Made by a program: the position numbers and the translations under genes. Positions 13,181-25,400 of a stretch of 64,000 bases of DNA are shown piece after piece. Within the stretch, counting starts at the first letter, position 1. The number at the start of each line of letters is the position of its first letter. Below the pieces are notes generated by a model that saw nothing but the letters and a program-made list of their open reading frames with translations, searched no databases and was not told the DNA's origin. Source of the stretch: Bilabrum cf. latius (lineage: Eukaryota); assembly GCA_965178125.1 (NCBI GenBank), contig OZ237765.1:744001-808000 (forward strand). Direction: 5' to 3'.

Positions 13181-14770
13181 ATGCGAACGGTAGTCTCAAT
13201 TATTGGTAGCCTAATGGCATCTATGGCCGCTGCCAGAATCTCTCATGTGAGAATGCATGATGTATCAGTGTCGGCTTCCGCGAAGAGTGTTCGGAGCGTC
13301 TTGCATCGCCTCAGATACTATTCCTATCTCATCGGCCGGTTGAATTGCCGGGCCCCTGCTCTGTTGTATTTTAATCTCGAAAGTGTGTGTTTGTCGTCTT
13401 GGCTCGTAGTGTCGAGCTATTCGGCAACTCGCACCCCTCCGCGTCACATGGCTTCTGTTTACCATGCGGTATGCCCATGGGTTGCTTGAACGTACGATAT
13501 GGGTTTACATGTAAATTCCACGCCACGTTATCATCGCAGTCTTGCGCTTGGGATAGCGGGCTCGGTGCAACATTCAACCTTGCGCCATTCGTGGGCGACG
13601 AGGGGATCATGCTGCAAGACGACAGAAATGTGGATGATGGGCAGATGCACTGGGAATACGCTATTGGTTTCTGTAATAACTTAGGTGAGACCGTGCTTTC
13701 CCGTGCCAATATTGCGATGGCATTGCATTGTGTACTTGTGTGCGCTGCAGTCGGGACCCTTCCAAGAGATCCGCCTCGCACACGAACGCACCCCCAAGGG
13801 CACCCTCCCTATCAGTCCCAACCCCATCTTAATTGCGTTACCGAGCAACTTCGCAGATTCGATCCCGGCGGACTACCCCATGTGCCAGCAGACGGGCCCC
13901 TTCGGCGGCCCCTACACAAACTCTGCCCCCGCGCCCGCCTTCCAGTTCGCCTCCCCCATCAACAAGGATGACCCGGACACGAGGGACAAATGCTACCGCC
14001 TCGGCGGGGACGTGGGCGTCCTGGGCAACCTCAAGTTCGACCTCATCTGGGGCCCCAACTCGACAGACCCCTCCGAGGGCCTGTCTCTGACCTACTCGGG
14101 CGGAGACCTCTGCAAGGCCGACCAGACCCAGAAGCGCAAGATCAGGCTGCATATGCTCTGCGACGTCAAGGCCTCGTACCAGCCCTCCAGGGCACTCGTC
14201 GTGGAGGACAACGTCTGCGAGTACAACGTGATCGTGCACACCAAGTACGCGTGCCCCCTTGAGTGCGACCCCGACTATGGGGAGGACTCGCCCTCTCGCA
14301 GGGCCCTCCTCGAGGAGAACAACCCGTACAAGGCGCGGGAGCTGCAGTTCAACCCCAAGGGGGGGCTCTGCCACAGCCACGGTGTGTGCGGGTACGACCA
14401 GACCAACGGGTACGCCAAGTGCTTCTGCAACGAGGGCTACTCCGGGCAGTACTGCGAGCAGCTGGGCGACAAGGGGCTGGTTCCCATCAAGAGGCACACC
14501 GGCAACATCGTGGGCGCGCTCTTCGGAGGCATCGTGACGGGGCTCGTGCTCGCGGGCGGGGCCTACTGGTACTTTGTCATCGGGTGCGGTGGGGGCATGG
14601 GCGGCGGCATGGGAGGGGGCATGGGGGGAGGGTCCAAGAGTGCCCCCAGCGGGGGGGACTACGCCCCTGAGTTTAGCGGGGCAGCCGGCGGGGCTGGCGA
14701 GCTGGACGGGGGCGACGATGGGGGTTACACTGCGCCCATCGACGACATGGACGTGGGCATGGACCACTAA
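13181..14770 (+). CDS. Type I membrane protein: signal peptide, MRH-like domain, EGF-like domain, TM, acidic tail (paralog B)
   Basis: Exons 13181-13246, 13540-13684 and 13857-14770. Motifs YAIGFCNN, LTYSGGDLC, CEYNVIVHTKYACP and CFCNEGYSGQYC; TM IVGALFGGIVTGLVLAGG. Ends TAA. Confidence 0.8.
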
Positions 14771-15205
14771 GCACTGTGACCTGTGGGGAGGTCGTGGGGC
14801 GTGTGACGAGTGGGAACTAGCTCGCCCATCCATTGCCTCCCCCGTGCTCTCTATCGTGTTGGTCCTGCCCGGCTGCCAATGACTGCTGGTGGGCGGGCGC
14901 GCTGAGTGTTTTTATTTCTGTGTGGTGGTGAAGGACTGGATGTGCGGCGGGGCACTTTCTCGGATCGCAGAGCGGGGGCAGCATGGAACGATGGCGTGGT
15001 TGGGTGGGTGGATGGCTGTCTGCTGCATCCTGTTACTGTGTGATGAGTGGGCCGCGGGGCCGCACGCGTCGCTGCCCAGGCCGTGTGCATTGCGTGGCGA
15101 CAACTCTGGAATGAACCACACACGCAAGTGCGCAAATGTCCATGTGCATGTTTAGCATGCGCAAAAGCCATTCAATCGCACACCATATATTGCACGCTTG
15201 CTACA

Positions 15206-16322
15206 TCACGGGGTCGCGTGCACGAGCTGAGTTGTCGAGGCCGTGCTGGCGTCGCTGAGCCCCGCCTCGGTTTTGCCACCCCCACCATGCTCGATGCATT
15301 CAAGTGCTCCCAAGCGAGCATCATCCGTAGTTTTCGATTCCTATCCCCGCACGCCATCGCGCAGATGGTCTCCCCACGCCCCGCAGCACCCCGGGCACCA
15401 CCCCCTGATGTACACCTCGGCCAGAGCAAGCGGAGGCAGGTAGAAGAGCCACGCCGCCACGTTCAGCCATGTCACGAAGGCAGTTCCATCGAGGAACCTA
15501 AGCCTGAGGAACAAAGGGAATACGAGCAGCCTGTACACGGCGCTCCCGATCCCCACCGCGTACAGCCGAGTGGCCCACGCTCGGTGGGACTCGATCTCGC
15601 GGTGCCAGGCATGCCAGCCCGTCATGCATGCGCAGCCCAGCATGGCCAGGCCGTACCCAACGAACGACACATCCATCACAATCCCGCCTCTTGTGCTGTA
15701 CAGTATGGTGTAGATCAGGCCTGGGACGGCCGTGACGGCGCAGGCAGCGAGATATGTCCGTCCAGTCCACCGATGGACTGCAGGGTAACTGCGTCGGATG
15801 CACTTGACGAATTGGAGCGGGCCAGCCAGGAGGATGATGACGCCGCCGGCCCAGTGCATGCCCATGAGGAGGGCGTGGTACGTCTGCGAGACTGATAATT
15901 GGGAGCAGTCTCTTAGTTTCGGTCAAATACAGTGTGTATCCTATGCAACTAAGACTCAAACAGAACTTACCTGAGAGAAGTCTTCTATGGACTACCATTC
16001 GCTGACAGGCTGCGCATTGTCATTTGAATAGTGATCAGATCTGTGCGAAGAGGAGTTCTGGTCTCGGCGGTGGACGCCAGAATAGTGAAGGGGTCCGGGT
16101 ATGCGTCGGACATCTCGCCTTCGAGGAAAAGAAAAGAAATATGTATCCAGCAAATAGAACACCCCATGCTGCGAGACCCCACCAGAGCCATTCCACCGTT
16201 GTTGGAGAGCAAGACTCCTCGGCATTTTCCTGCGGCTGTGACGGACCCGCTGCTGCGACGCCCTTTATCAGCTGCCATGACATATCATTGGCAATTAACG
16301 GATCCCCTTGGGCTTGAACCAT
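15206..16322 (-). CDS. DUF2306-type multi-pass membrane protein, tandem copy 1
   Basis: Exons 16322-16119, 16009-15971 and 15883-15206; the first intron has a GC donor. Motifs MHWAGG...GPLQF...PAVHRWTGR.Y and HRAWATRLY. In-frame TAG at 15992 and 15341. Ends TGA. The start could instead be ATG 16283. Confidence 0.75.
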
Positions 16323-16476
16323 ACAATGTGACACTTCTAATCTCTAGAGCCAATCCCTGTTTCTTTGGGCTACTGGACAAATAACAGTCGCGGTGCCTGC
16401 CTAGACCCATCCGGAGTCGCAGTATTTCCGATGCTTCGAAGCCACGTCTTCAGACGCCTTCACAGGCACATAAAGC

Positions 16477-17928
16477 TCACACCTACCCTGCCTCAAGAGG
16501 GTCTACATCGGCTTCGCTGCCCGACGTCTCGCGAGAGGTCCCTGCCGCCCGCACGCCTGACGCAGCCAGCGCAACGCCGCTGCTAGTGGCCCCCACCTCC
16601 GAGTCTGCACCACCACTAGCACCAAGTTCTTTAGCATCGTCCGCATCGCCATTGTCTAGTTTCTATCCGCCATCTTGCTCGATCCCGCTCCCGCAGCACC
16701 CCGGGCACCACCCCCTGATGTACACCTCGGCCAGAGCGAGCGCAGGCAGGTAGAAGAGCCACGCCGCCACGTTCAGCCAGACCTCAAACTCGCGGTCAGG
16801 CAGGTAGAAGAAAAAGACAGGCACAATCAGCAGCCTGTACACGGCGCTCCCGATCCCCACCGCGTACAGCCGAGTGGCCCACGCTCGGTGGGACTCGATC
16901 TCGCGGTGCCAGGCATGCCAGCCCGTCATGCATGCGCAGCCCAGCATGGCCAGGCCGTACCCAACGAACGACACATCCATCACAATCCCGCCTCTTGTGC
17001 TGTACAGTATGGTGTAGATCAGGCCTGGGACGGCCGTGACGGCGCAGGCAGCGAGATATGCCCGTCCAGTCCACCGATGGACTGCAGGGTAAGTGCGTCG
17101 GATGCACTTGACGAATTGAAGTGGGCCAGCCAGGAGGATGATAACGCCGCCGGCCCAGTGCATGCCCATGAGGAGGGCGTGGTACGTCTGCGAGATTCGA
17201 AATGGGCATTGGGAAACTAACATAGAGTGCCGACGGTGACAGCAGCGAGTTGCTGGCGCCGAGACCGACTTGTCGCGCTTTTGAAATCGGGAAGACGCTA
17301 GCTTTGGTAGCACATCTATGATTTCCTGTATTAACTTGCGTTTATGTGCAAAGCATGCCGCAATGGGGACTTCATACCTGCCGAATGCACGAGCTGTCAT
17401 GCTTCCGGTTATGTCAGCAGCGGAAGTCTCCTCGGTGGGTGCGCTGGAGCTATCCTGCTCGCACGGAATGATGCATTATAAGATGAAACACCCTTCTCAC
17501 CTCAGAATAGTCGCTGACTGTTCCCCAGGTCTCGCTTGGCTGCGCTAGGAAGGGATGCACAGGCAGAACGGCACGGTGCTCCGGAAGCGTCCGCGGAGGC
17601 TTCCCGGCGGGTAACCGCAACGACACGAGCACCGGCGGGGAGCACCTGCTCTGCCATGCGAGCACGGCTTGCGATCGATGCAGCTATACCATGCAATACT
17701 TCTTACTTGGGCAAAGAACACTACCACGATGTACATGGCGAACAGCCCTCCCCAGCCCACGAGCGCCCACCAGAGCCAATCCACGCATGTGGCCTCTCCA
17801 CAGCAGCAGGCTTCCACTGCGGGCACGCTGGGGGCCCCAGGCGAAGTTGGCGAGTCTTTATCGTGGACACCGTGGTAGTCATCGTCCTGGTGAGCAGGTG
17901 TCGCTGCCATTTCTACCTGAGAAGCCAT
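16477..17928 (-). CDS. DUF2306-type multi-pass membrane protein, tandem copy 2
   Basis: Exons 17928-17707, 17539-17501 and 17187-16477, with the same 39-nt middle exon as copy 1. In-frame TAG at 16663 and 16483. Ends TGA. Confidence 0.8.
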
Positions 17929-18036
17929 TCTTGGCGTGTGCGGACGCCTTGGTGTGAGGCTCTTGCGCGTCACGTGTGTTTGCGGAACTGAATTAGCGCG
18001 GCGCCTAAAAGATCGAGGAGCATATTCTAATCGAAA

Positions 18037-20574
18037 ATGATGGCTGCAGCCGGTCTGCTGGCTCTATGCGCAGCATTGGTTGGTGCTGAGTTGGGAAACC
18101 GCCCCGTAAAGTTCAAAGTGCAGCCCGCAAACACCGACACATCGAAGGTGCATCGTCTTATCGTGGTGACTAGCTCGCACCTCGACCTAGGATTCAATGA
18201 CTTCTGGGGTGACACACACGGTCCATTTATGACCACGGGTATTATCCAACGCCACTGGGACGTCTACTACCAGCGGGCCATTGACACTCAGATTGCGCTC
18301 GCGGGCGATGATGAGGTGCGCCAGCTCCTCGCACCAAACTCCCTGCCGTATGCATACATGGCACAGCCATTCGTCGCAAAGCTGTTATACGATTGCGACG
18401 CATCGACACGGGGAGCCACTGCACTTGCTCGGGCGTGGAACGCGACCTGGTGGCCTTGGGGTGAGGATCGAACCAACGGTGGAAATGCTTCGCTCCCCTC
18501 CATCCCAGGCCCGCAGGGGGCTCCGCTGCTGAAGTGCCCACCTCCAAGCACAGTCGCTGCCTTCAAACAGGCTTTCAGCAACGGGACCCTTTTCCTGCCT
18601 GCGTACCCGCACAACGGCGGCCTGCAAATGCACACTGCCGGCGGCCTCATCGCCTCACTTGCGATCGCAAAGCGGCTGACAGCACAAGCAGGCGTGCCCG
18701 CCCCGCGGACGTATTCTTAGCGAGATGTCCCCGGCCTCACCCGGGGTGCCCTCCCCCTCCTCAACGCAAACGGGGTGCTCCAGGTGAGCCTGGGCTCTGG
18801 GGGTGCTCCAGGGGGTCACCCGGTGACCCCAGATGGACCCTTCGTCTGGAGGGACCAGGGAACTGGGGCTCAGGTGCTGATGACCCGCAGCGACGGGTAC
18901 GGGAACACCACGTTTGTCCTCCCAGACGGCACCGCAATGCTGTGCTACTGGAACAGGGACAACACGGGCCCGTTCTTCGCACCCTCGGTCAAGCAGGCGC
19001 TGCAGGCGCTCAGGGAACAATTCCCGCAGGCATCCATCGAGTTCGGTACATTCGATGCCTTTCTGGACGCGGCGCTCCCCCAGCTGCACCTGCTCCCTGT
19101 GCTGACCCAGGAGATCGGGGACGGGTGGCAGCACGGATCAGCGGCCTCGCCCTGGAAGCACGCGGCATTCATGGCACTGCAGCGCGCCAGAGAGGCGTGC
19201 ATCCTGGAGCGTGACCCGGCCTGTGACCCCTCCTCCTCTGAGATGCAGAGCTTCGACCTGTGGATGAGCAAGATCCCCGAGCACACGAGCGGGCTGAGCA
19301 CCAACTTTTACTTCACGGACTACAGCACCTGGACGAACGCTGAGTTCCAGCAGGCGGCCAGCTCGAGGAGTCCCCAACACGGCGAGTACAACGTGTATGC
19401 CCAGAGCCTCCTCGAGCAGAGCGCGGTCATCGACTGGGCCCTGGCCGCGCTCCCCGAGGGCCACCCTATCCGGCAGCGAGCCGAGGGGGCCATCGATCGG
19501 ATCAGGCCCAGGGAGCAGCCGGACCCGGGGTCGGAGGGTGCGGTCCCCCTGCAGTTCAATGCATCCGGGCTTGCCGATGTGCGCTGTGACCTGGATGGCG
19601 TGCAGGTGGTTGCAACCGTGAACCGGAGCGCCGTGGGCGTGACTGGGCTGACCGTCGCTGGCTAGCCCATCGTGTCGGCCTCGAACGGGGGCGTGCTCGG
19701 GGTGCTTCAGTACCAGCAGCTGGACGATGAGCACGACTTCATCCCGTTCCTCAACGACTTCGGATTTGAGGCCTGCCCCAAGAACATGTCCAGCTCAAGT
19801 AACCTGGGTTGCAACAACTTCATGAAACCAGGGGCACAGGCCGCTGCCGGGGAGCAGATGGTGTCCAGGGTCGTACGCGGGCAGATGGCCGGGGCATGGG
19901 CCGCGACCAGCTCTGCTAATGGACGCATGAATGGGCAGGGGCAGTGCTCGATGTACATCAAGGCCGATTTCACCAACAGCACCGCGAGCAGGACCGCGGG
20001 CGCGCCTGCCACCGGCTGGACGGTGATCCGTGTGAAAGCTGCGGGTGCGCGAGCGGTGCAGGTGTCCATCGATACGCAGGTGTTCGATAAGCGCGCCACG
20101 CGGCTCCCGGAAGCCCTGTGGACGAGCTTCCGGTTCGATGCGCCTGACGGGAGCGAGGCTGGTGGTGCCACTGGCAGCGGTGGCAGTGGTGGTCAAAGCC
20201 GTGCCGGGGGCGCCTCTGCAGGGGGTGAGTGGAGGGTGCGGGTGCTGGGGCAGCCCGTGGATCCCACGGACGTGGTCAGGCACGGCTCCACGCACCTGCA
20301 CGGCACTGCCAATGGGGTCACCTACGTGTCTCCCGGCATGAACCTGACCGTGACTTCGCTGTCGGCGCCGCTCTGGAGCACCGGGATCATGAGTCCATTT
20401 CCCACTCCGTCGGGCCCGCCTGACGGGGAGACGTCAGCCGTATTCAGCCCTTCCCGCGGGCTGCACATGAACTTATGGAACAACGTCTGGAACTGCAACT
20501 TCCCAACGTTCTGGCCCTTCCGCAAGGAGGACGCCAACCTGAGCTTCGGATTTTAGGTTCTTGTGGAATTGTGA
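18037..20574 (+). CDS. Secreted DUF5054 / GH38-N-terminal-like glycoside hydrolase superfamily protein
   Basis: Signal peptide. Motifs IVVTSSHLDLGF, S*RDVPGLTR, EIGDGWQHG, KIPEHT, TRLPEALW and NLWNNVWNCNFP. In-frame TAG at 18718, 19663 and 20554. Ends TGA. Confidence 0.75.
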
Positions 20575-20741
20575 TCGATTTGTACCCAGAGAGCTTGTTT
20601 ACGTGTTACGAACAACTGCAGAGCTTGTTTGGCACCAGTGGTCGTCTCCAACCGGAACCACATTCGCTGTGCTCAGTACCAAAAAGAGACTCCCAACTAG
20701 ACTAACTATATGGTATCAAGGCTCGCATAGCGCCAGCAAAC

Positions 20742-22228
20742 TCATTCGTAGTGCACGCGCACGGCCTCCCCGTTGAACTTGGCCCCGTTGTACCTGCTGA
20801 TGGCCGTCTCGGCCGCGTGGGCATCATCGAACGTCACGAACCCCGTTGCGCTCCTCCCCGAGGGGTTAGGCTTCACGTCCGTACGGCAGCTGCCCACCTT
20901 GCTCATCTCGTCCTTGAGGTCCTGCCACGCGATCCCCTCGGGCAGGTTCTCGATCACCACACGGGCGCCCCCACGGCGACCGCCCCCACCGCGGGGGGCA
21001 CCCCTGTCGAACCCCCGGTCGGCACCCCGGTCGTAACCGCCACCGCCGCCCCGGCGGTCGTACCCGCCCCTGTCCGCGCCCCTGTCGTACCCTCCCCTGG
21101 GGCCATCCCTGTCCCCGCCGCGGGGACGCGTGGGCTCCCCGTCGTGCTTGACGAACACGTTCCTGCCCATGAGGTTGCGCTCGTTCAGGATGCGCACGGC
21201 CCGGTCTGCGTCTGCCTTGGTCTCGTACTCGCAGATTCCGAATCCCTTGGACCTCCCCCCGGGCATCTCCTCCACCTTGGCGTATCCCACGGGCCCGGCC
21301 TCCCTGGCAAAGTCCTTGAGCTCCTGCCACTTGACGTCCCACGACAGGTTGCCGAAGTACACGCGGTGGCCGCTGCCCCTGGCTCCCCCGCGGGGGGGTC
21401 CCCGCTCGTCGCGGCGGTCCTCCCGGGGTGCCCTGTCCCGTGGTGCCCTGTCCCGTGGTGCGTCCCTGTCCCGGGGCGCCCTGCCCCCTGGCGCCTCGCG
21501 GTCCTCGCGCACCATCACGGGGCGGCCCATGTGGTCCTGGTCGTGCACCTCCTTGACCGCGCGCACCGCCTCCTCCTTGCTCGAGTACGTCACGATGGCG
21601 GCCCCGAGGGACTTGCCGTCCCTGCGACGGAGCAGGTCCACGTCCACGACCGTGCCGGCCTTGCCCATGAGGTCGCGCACGTCGTCCACGGTGGCTTCCC
21701 AGCTCATGTTACCCACGTACACGCGGGAGTTAGACACGGCTGCCGCCGCCTTCTTCTTGAACTCCGCCTCTGACTTCCTGCAAACCAACAGATGAGAATT
21801 GAATAAAAAACGCCTCGCTCCACCGAACCGTGTTTCCGCTCGATCGAACCACACAGACGATACCCATCAAAAAAGAATCCGATAGCATGTAGCACCCTCC
21901 ATTTTCAAAGCCCAATCCCCCGATTCCTGATGTGCTGGCCGTACGCGAGTGGTGGATCCGGCAGCACATCGATCGAATCTTCGAACCAAGTAATGGCCGC
22001 GGCGTACGAACGTCCGTGCAAAATCATGCTATGTTGCTGAACTCCCAAACACTCCACATGCACGTGCGAGTCTATTGTGTCTCCGTGTATGCCACGTCCT
22101 TTGGTTGCACTCCCCCAAAACCACACATCCCTCCCTCACCGGTCCGACGCCTTGGAAGGCCCCGCAGTCGCCTTCTTCTCATCCACAATATCATCAAGAG
22201 CGCGGTCAATGTCACTGATTGCCGCCAT
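20742..22228 (-). CDS. Three-RRM, RGG-rich RNA-binding protein (Gbp2/Hrb1/hnRNP M-like)
   Basis: Exons 22228-22140 and 21777-20742. RRM motifs VYVGNMSW, VYFGNLSWDVKWQELKD, SKGFGICEY and IAWQDLKD, with RD/RGG linkers. No internal TAG. Ends TGA. Confidence 0.88.
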
Positions 22229-22464
22229 GATGCAAGGAATTCAACGTAGTGCGCGCGCAGGAACGCGCGGACGGTCACGGAAAACCACACTTTCCGCTTC
22301 AAACATCACTCTACAATGCTTAAATTCGAGTTTGAACATTATCGGGTCCAATGGCGGACCTAACATCTGAAAGGGCAATTGCACGCCTGCTGAACGGACT
22401 TTAGATTGCTGATCAAAGCCTCCTAGACCTTTGTGTGCGGCAGTATGGCAGGGATGGTGCTGCC

Positions 22465-25400
22465 ATGTCGAATACGCAGGATCTTGGTCGCATTTTGGCG
22501 CATTTGAAGTCACATGCAGACCCGTCAAGCCATCGAGACATTGAAACATGTTTCATAAACCTGGTACAAAAGGTGAGCCAAATCAGGGCCCGACAACGCT
22601 TTTCGTGTCGACTCCTGGATACCACCACCTGCAGCTGCTTCGACTCTATTTACCTCTCAGGACTAGGGTGGCCTTGCGTACGTTCTTCGAACCATCGCCA
22701 GAACGCTTGGTGATAGCGGCTTCCTGTCTGCGGTAGGACCGTCAGCAGCTGGCTCAAGCGCCGGCAGCTCGGCACAGCGGTCCCCGGCTCGCTCTCGCTC
22801 CGGCTCCGGAGCGCGAGCCACTCCCGCCAGGCGAGCTGCAGCAGGCACTGCCAGTGAACGAGAAGGAGAACCACCCTACCAAGGTATTGGCGCGCACACC
22901 CGCGCATTCACTGCGTCCGGGTAGCAGCAGCAACCACAAGCCGACCCAGCAGCAGCATCGGGGGATGACACCCCCTCGCGCTCCCAGGGCCCCAGAGCCG
23001 GCGACGGGCAGCACCGCAGTGATCACCACCACCAACACCTCCGCGCCGGGCGAGCGGCCCTGCGCGGGGCCCATGAATCGGAGCCGGGAGTGCGCCGGGG
23101 CGACCCCCCGCGGCCCCCCCCACAGGCGTGGGCCAGCCCGACGAGGGGGGGGGAGGGGACCAGCGCCGTTGCCGTCACAGGCGTATCGCTGAGCGGAGGG
23201 GATGCCATGAGAAGTGCTGCTGGCCCATCGCCCCTCGCGATGGCGCGCCTGCAAGACCTGGAGGCGGGGCGGCGGGCCGTGCTGCGAGACGAGAGGAGGC
23301 GGGCTCCTGATGCCGTGCAGTACGGGGGGGTCATCATGCTGAGGTGCGCGCCATCCGCGGGGGGCAGGTGCATCGCGCTGCGGGGCACCTTGCGGGAATG
23401 GGGCCGAATCCGCGAGGGTCGGCGCGGAGGTGCGCTGGGAGATGGATGGGGGGGGATGGAGGACGATGAAGTGATGGAGGGCGAGGACGAAGGGGGGGCG
23501 CTGACGGTGAGTCTTGGGGGGTAGGCGCACGGCGGGCGCTGGGGGGGTCGGTCCGTGGGGTCGGGGTCGCTATCTGACTCCCGCTCGAGAGTCAGTTTGG
23601 ACGACTCGAGCCGGTCGATGTCGAGGAGCGGCCTGGGGATGGGGATGGGGATGGGGATGGGGCGCCGTGGGGGCGGGCGAGGGGGGCGCGGCTCTCGGCG
23701 GCTTGCCCTGGAGGGGAGAGGCGAAGGAGCAGCGGGGGAGTGCTTCGTGCTGTGCAGGGCGGGGGCTTCGGCGGGTGCTCTGGTGGGGCATGGGGCCGCG
23801 GGGGGGCTGGTGGGCGTGGCGTCTGCGGGCCGCGGCCCTCTGCTGTGCGGGGAGTCGGTGGTGCTTCGGTCTGCGAGGAGCAGGCGGGTGCTTGCTGCCA
23901 GCGGGCTGGGGACGGGGAACAGCGGTGTTCCCCGAGTGGATGTGGAGGACCCGGGGCAGGCCGGGGCAAGTGCTCAGTGGCTGGTCGCAACACCGAGCTG
24001 GCTCGCGGGAGAGAGCGCCCTGCGATCCTCGACCTAGTCCTCCTCGGATGCGGCCAAGAGCAACCAGGCGGTTGTAACCTACGGCGAGCCGGTGCTCCTG
24101 CGGAACCGCGCCACGGGCGAGTACCTGTGCGCGGCGCCGCAAGAGGAGGGATTGGGTGGGTGGGCGGATGCAGGAGGACCGCTCGCGTCTGGCCGGGGCG
24201 GCGGGAGCAGCAGCTCGGAGGACTCCGATTTTGAAGATGAAGACGAGTAGGCGAGGGAGGAGAGGAAGGTGGAGGAGGGGGCGGGGGTGCTCCCCGTGAT
24301 GGCCCCGCTGCTGCCCCCGAGTGGGGGTCAAGGCCAGGCCCCCAGGGGTCAGGCAGAGGAGGCGGCTCTGGAGGCCAGGGCAGCGGCGGCGGGTCGGGGC
24401 CGCGCCACGGTGCTGCTGCTGGACGACGGCGGCTCCCAGCTGCTGCAGAGGGACGCGGCTGCCACGGGGACCCACGAGCCCGCGCGTGTTCCCTCATCCA
24501 GGACCTGGCAGATCCTCCCGCGGTGCGCCCCCCTGGCACCCGCCTGGGCCTCGGCCAGGCCCGCCCTCGAGGCCGCACGGGCGGCAGTGACGTCAGCCAC
24601 GCCCGCGGCCTCCTCCCACACGAGGAGCACTGCGTCTAGGGGCGGCAGGGCGCTGGACATGGGAGCTGCCGCCAGGGCAGGCACAGCCGGGATCATCTCG
24701 TTTGCGGCCCCTGCGCACCCCGCCCCCTGCGCCCCGCTACTGCCCCTGCGCCCGGGCCTGCCGCGGGACGCCGGCAACTCGGAGTCGGATTCCCAGCCTT
24801 CTTCCACCGGCCCCGCGGAGGCGCTCGTGCCCGTCCCGCTGGGTACTTGTTCCCTGGAGGAACAAGAGGCATGCCTGGTGCAGGACCTGCTGGACGCGAT
24901 GGCGGGCGCGCACGGGAGGTACCTGGTGGCGAGGGTGGCGGCGGGCCGGGGCAGCCGCGGGGGCAGTGGGGCCGCAGCGGGGAGCGCGGTCTCGCCGTCT
25001 GGGCGGCTGGGGAGAGTGCTTGCGGGGGAGGTTCCGCAGGCGCCGCGCACTGCCCAGGCGGCGGCCGACTCGGCGGCCGGCACTTCTCTGGACCTCGGGC
25101 CTCACCTGCAGTCCCCAAGCGCGGCCGCCGCGGCTGCGAGCCGCCTCGTGTTTGAGGTGGACCACAGGGGCGCGGAGGGTGACCCGCCTGCTGACACGGG
25201 GCTGCTGCAGCTGGCCGCGGACGGGGCGCGGCTGGCGGGGGCGCACGTGCGCTGCAGTGCGCTGCTCGAAGCGGCCAGTCGGCCCAGCGCGGGGAGGACC
25301 TGGCAGGCCATCGCGGCGGCGGGGCGGGCGGTGCTGACTGAGTATGGGCTGCTGGTGGCGCAGCTCGAGGCAATCGCGGGCGGGGCGCTGCAGGAACGGG

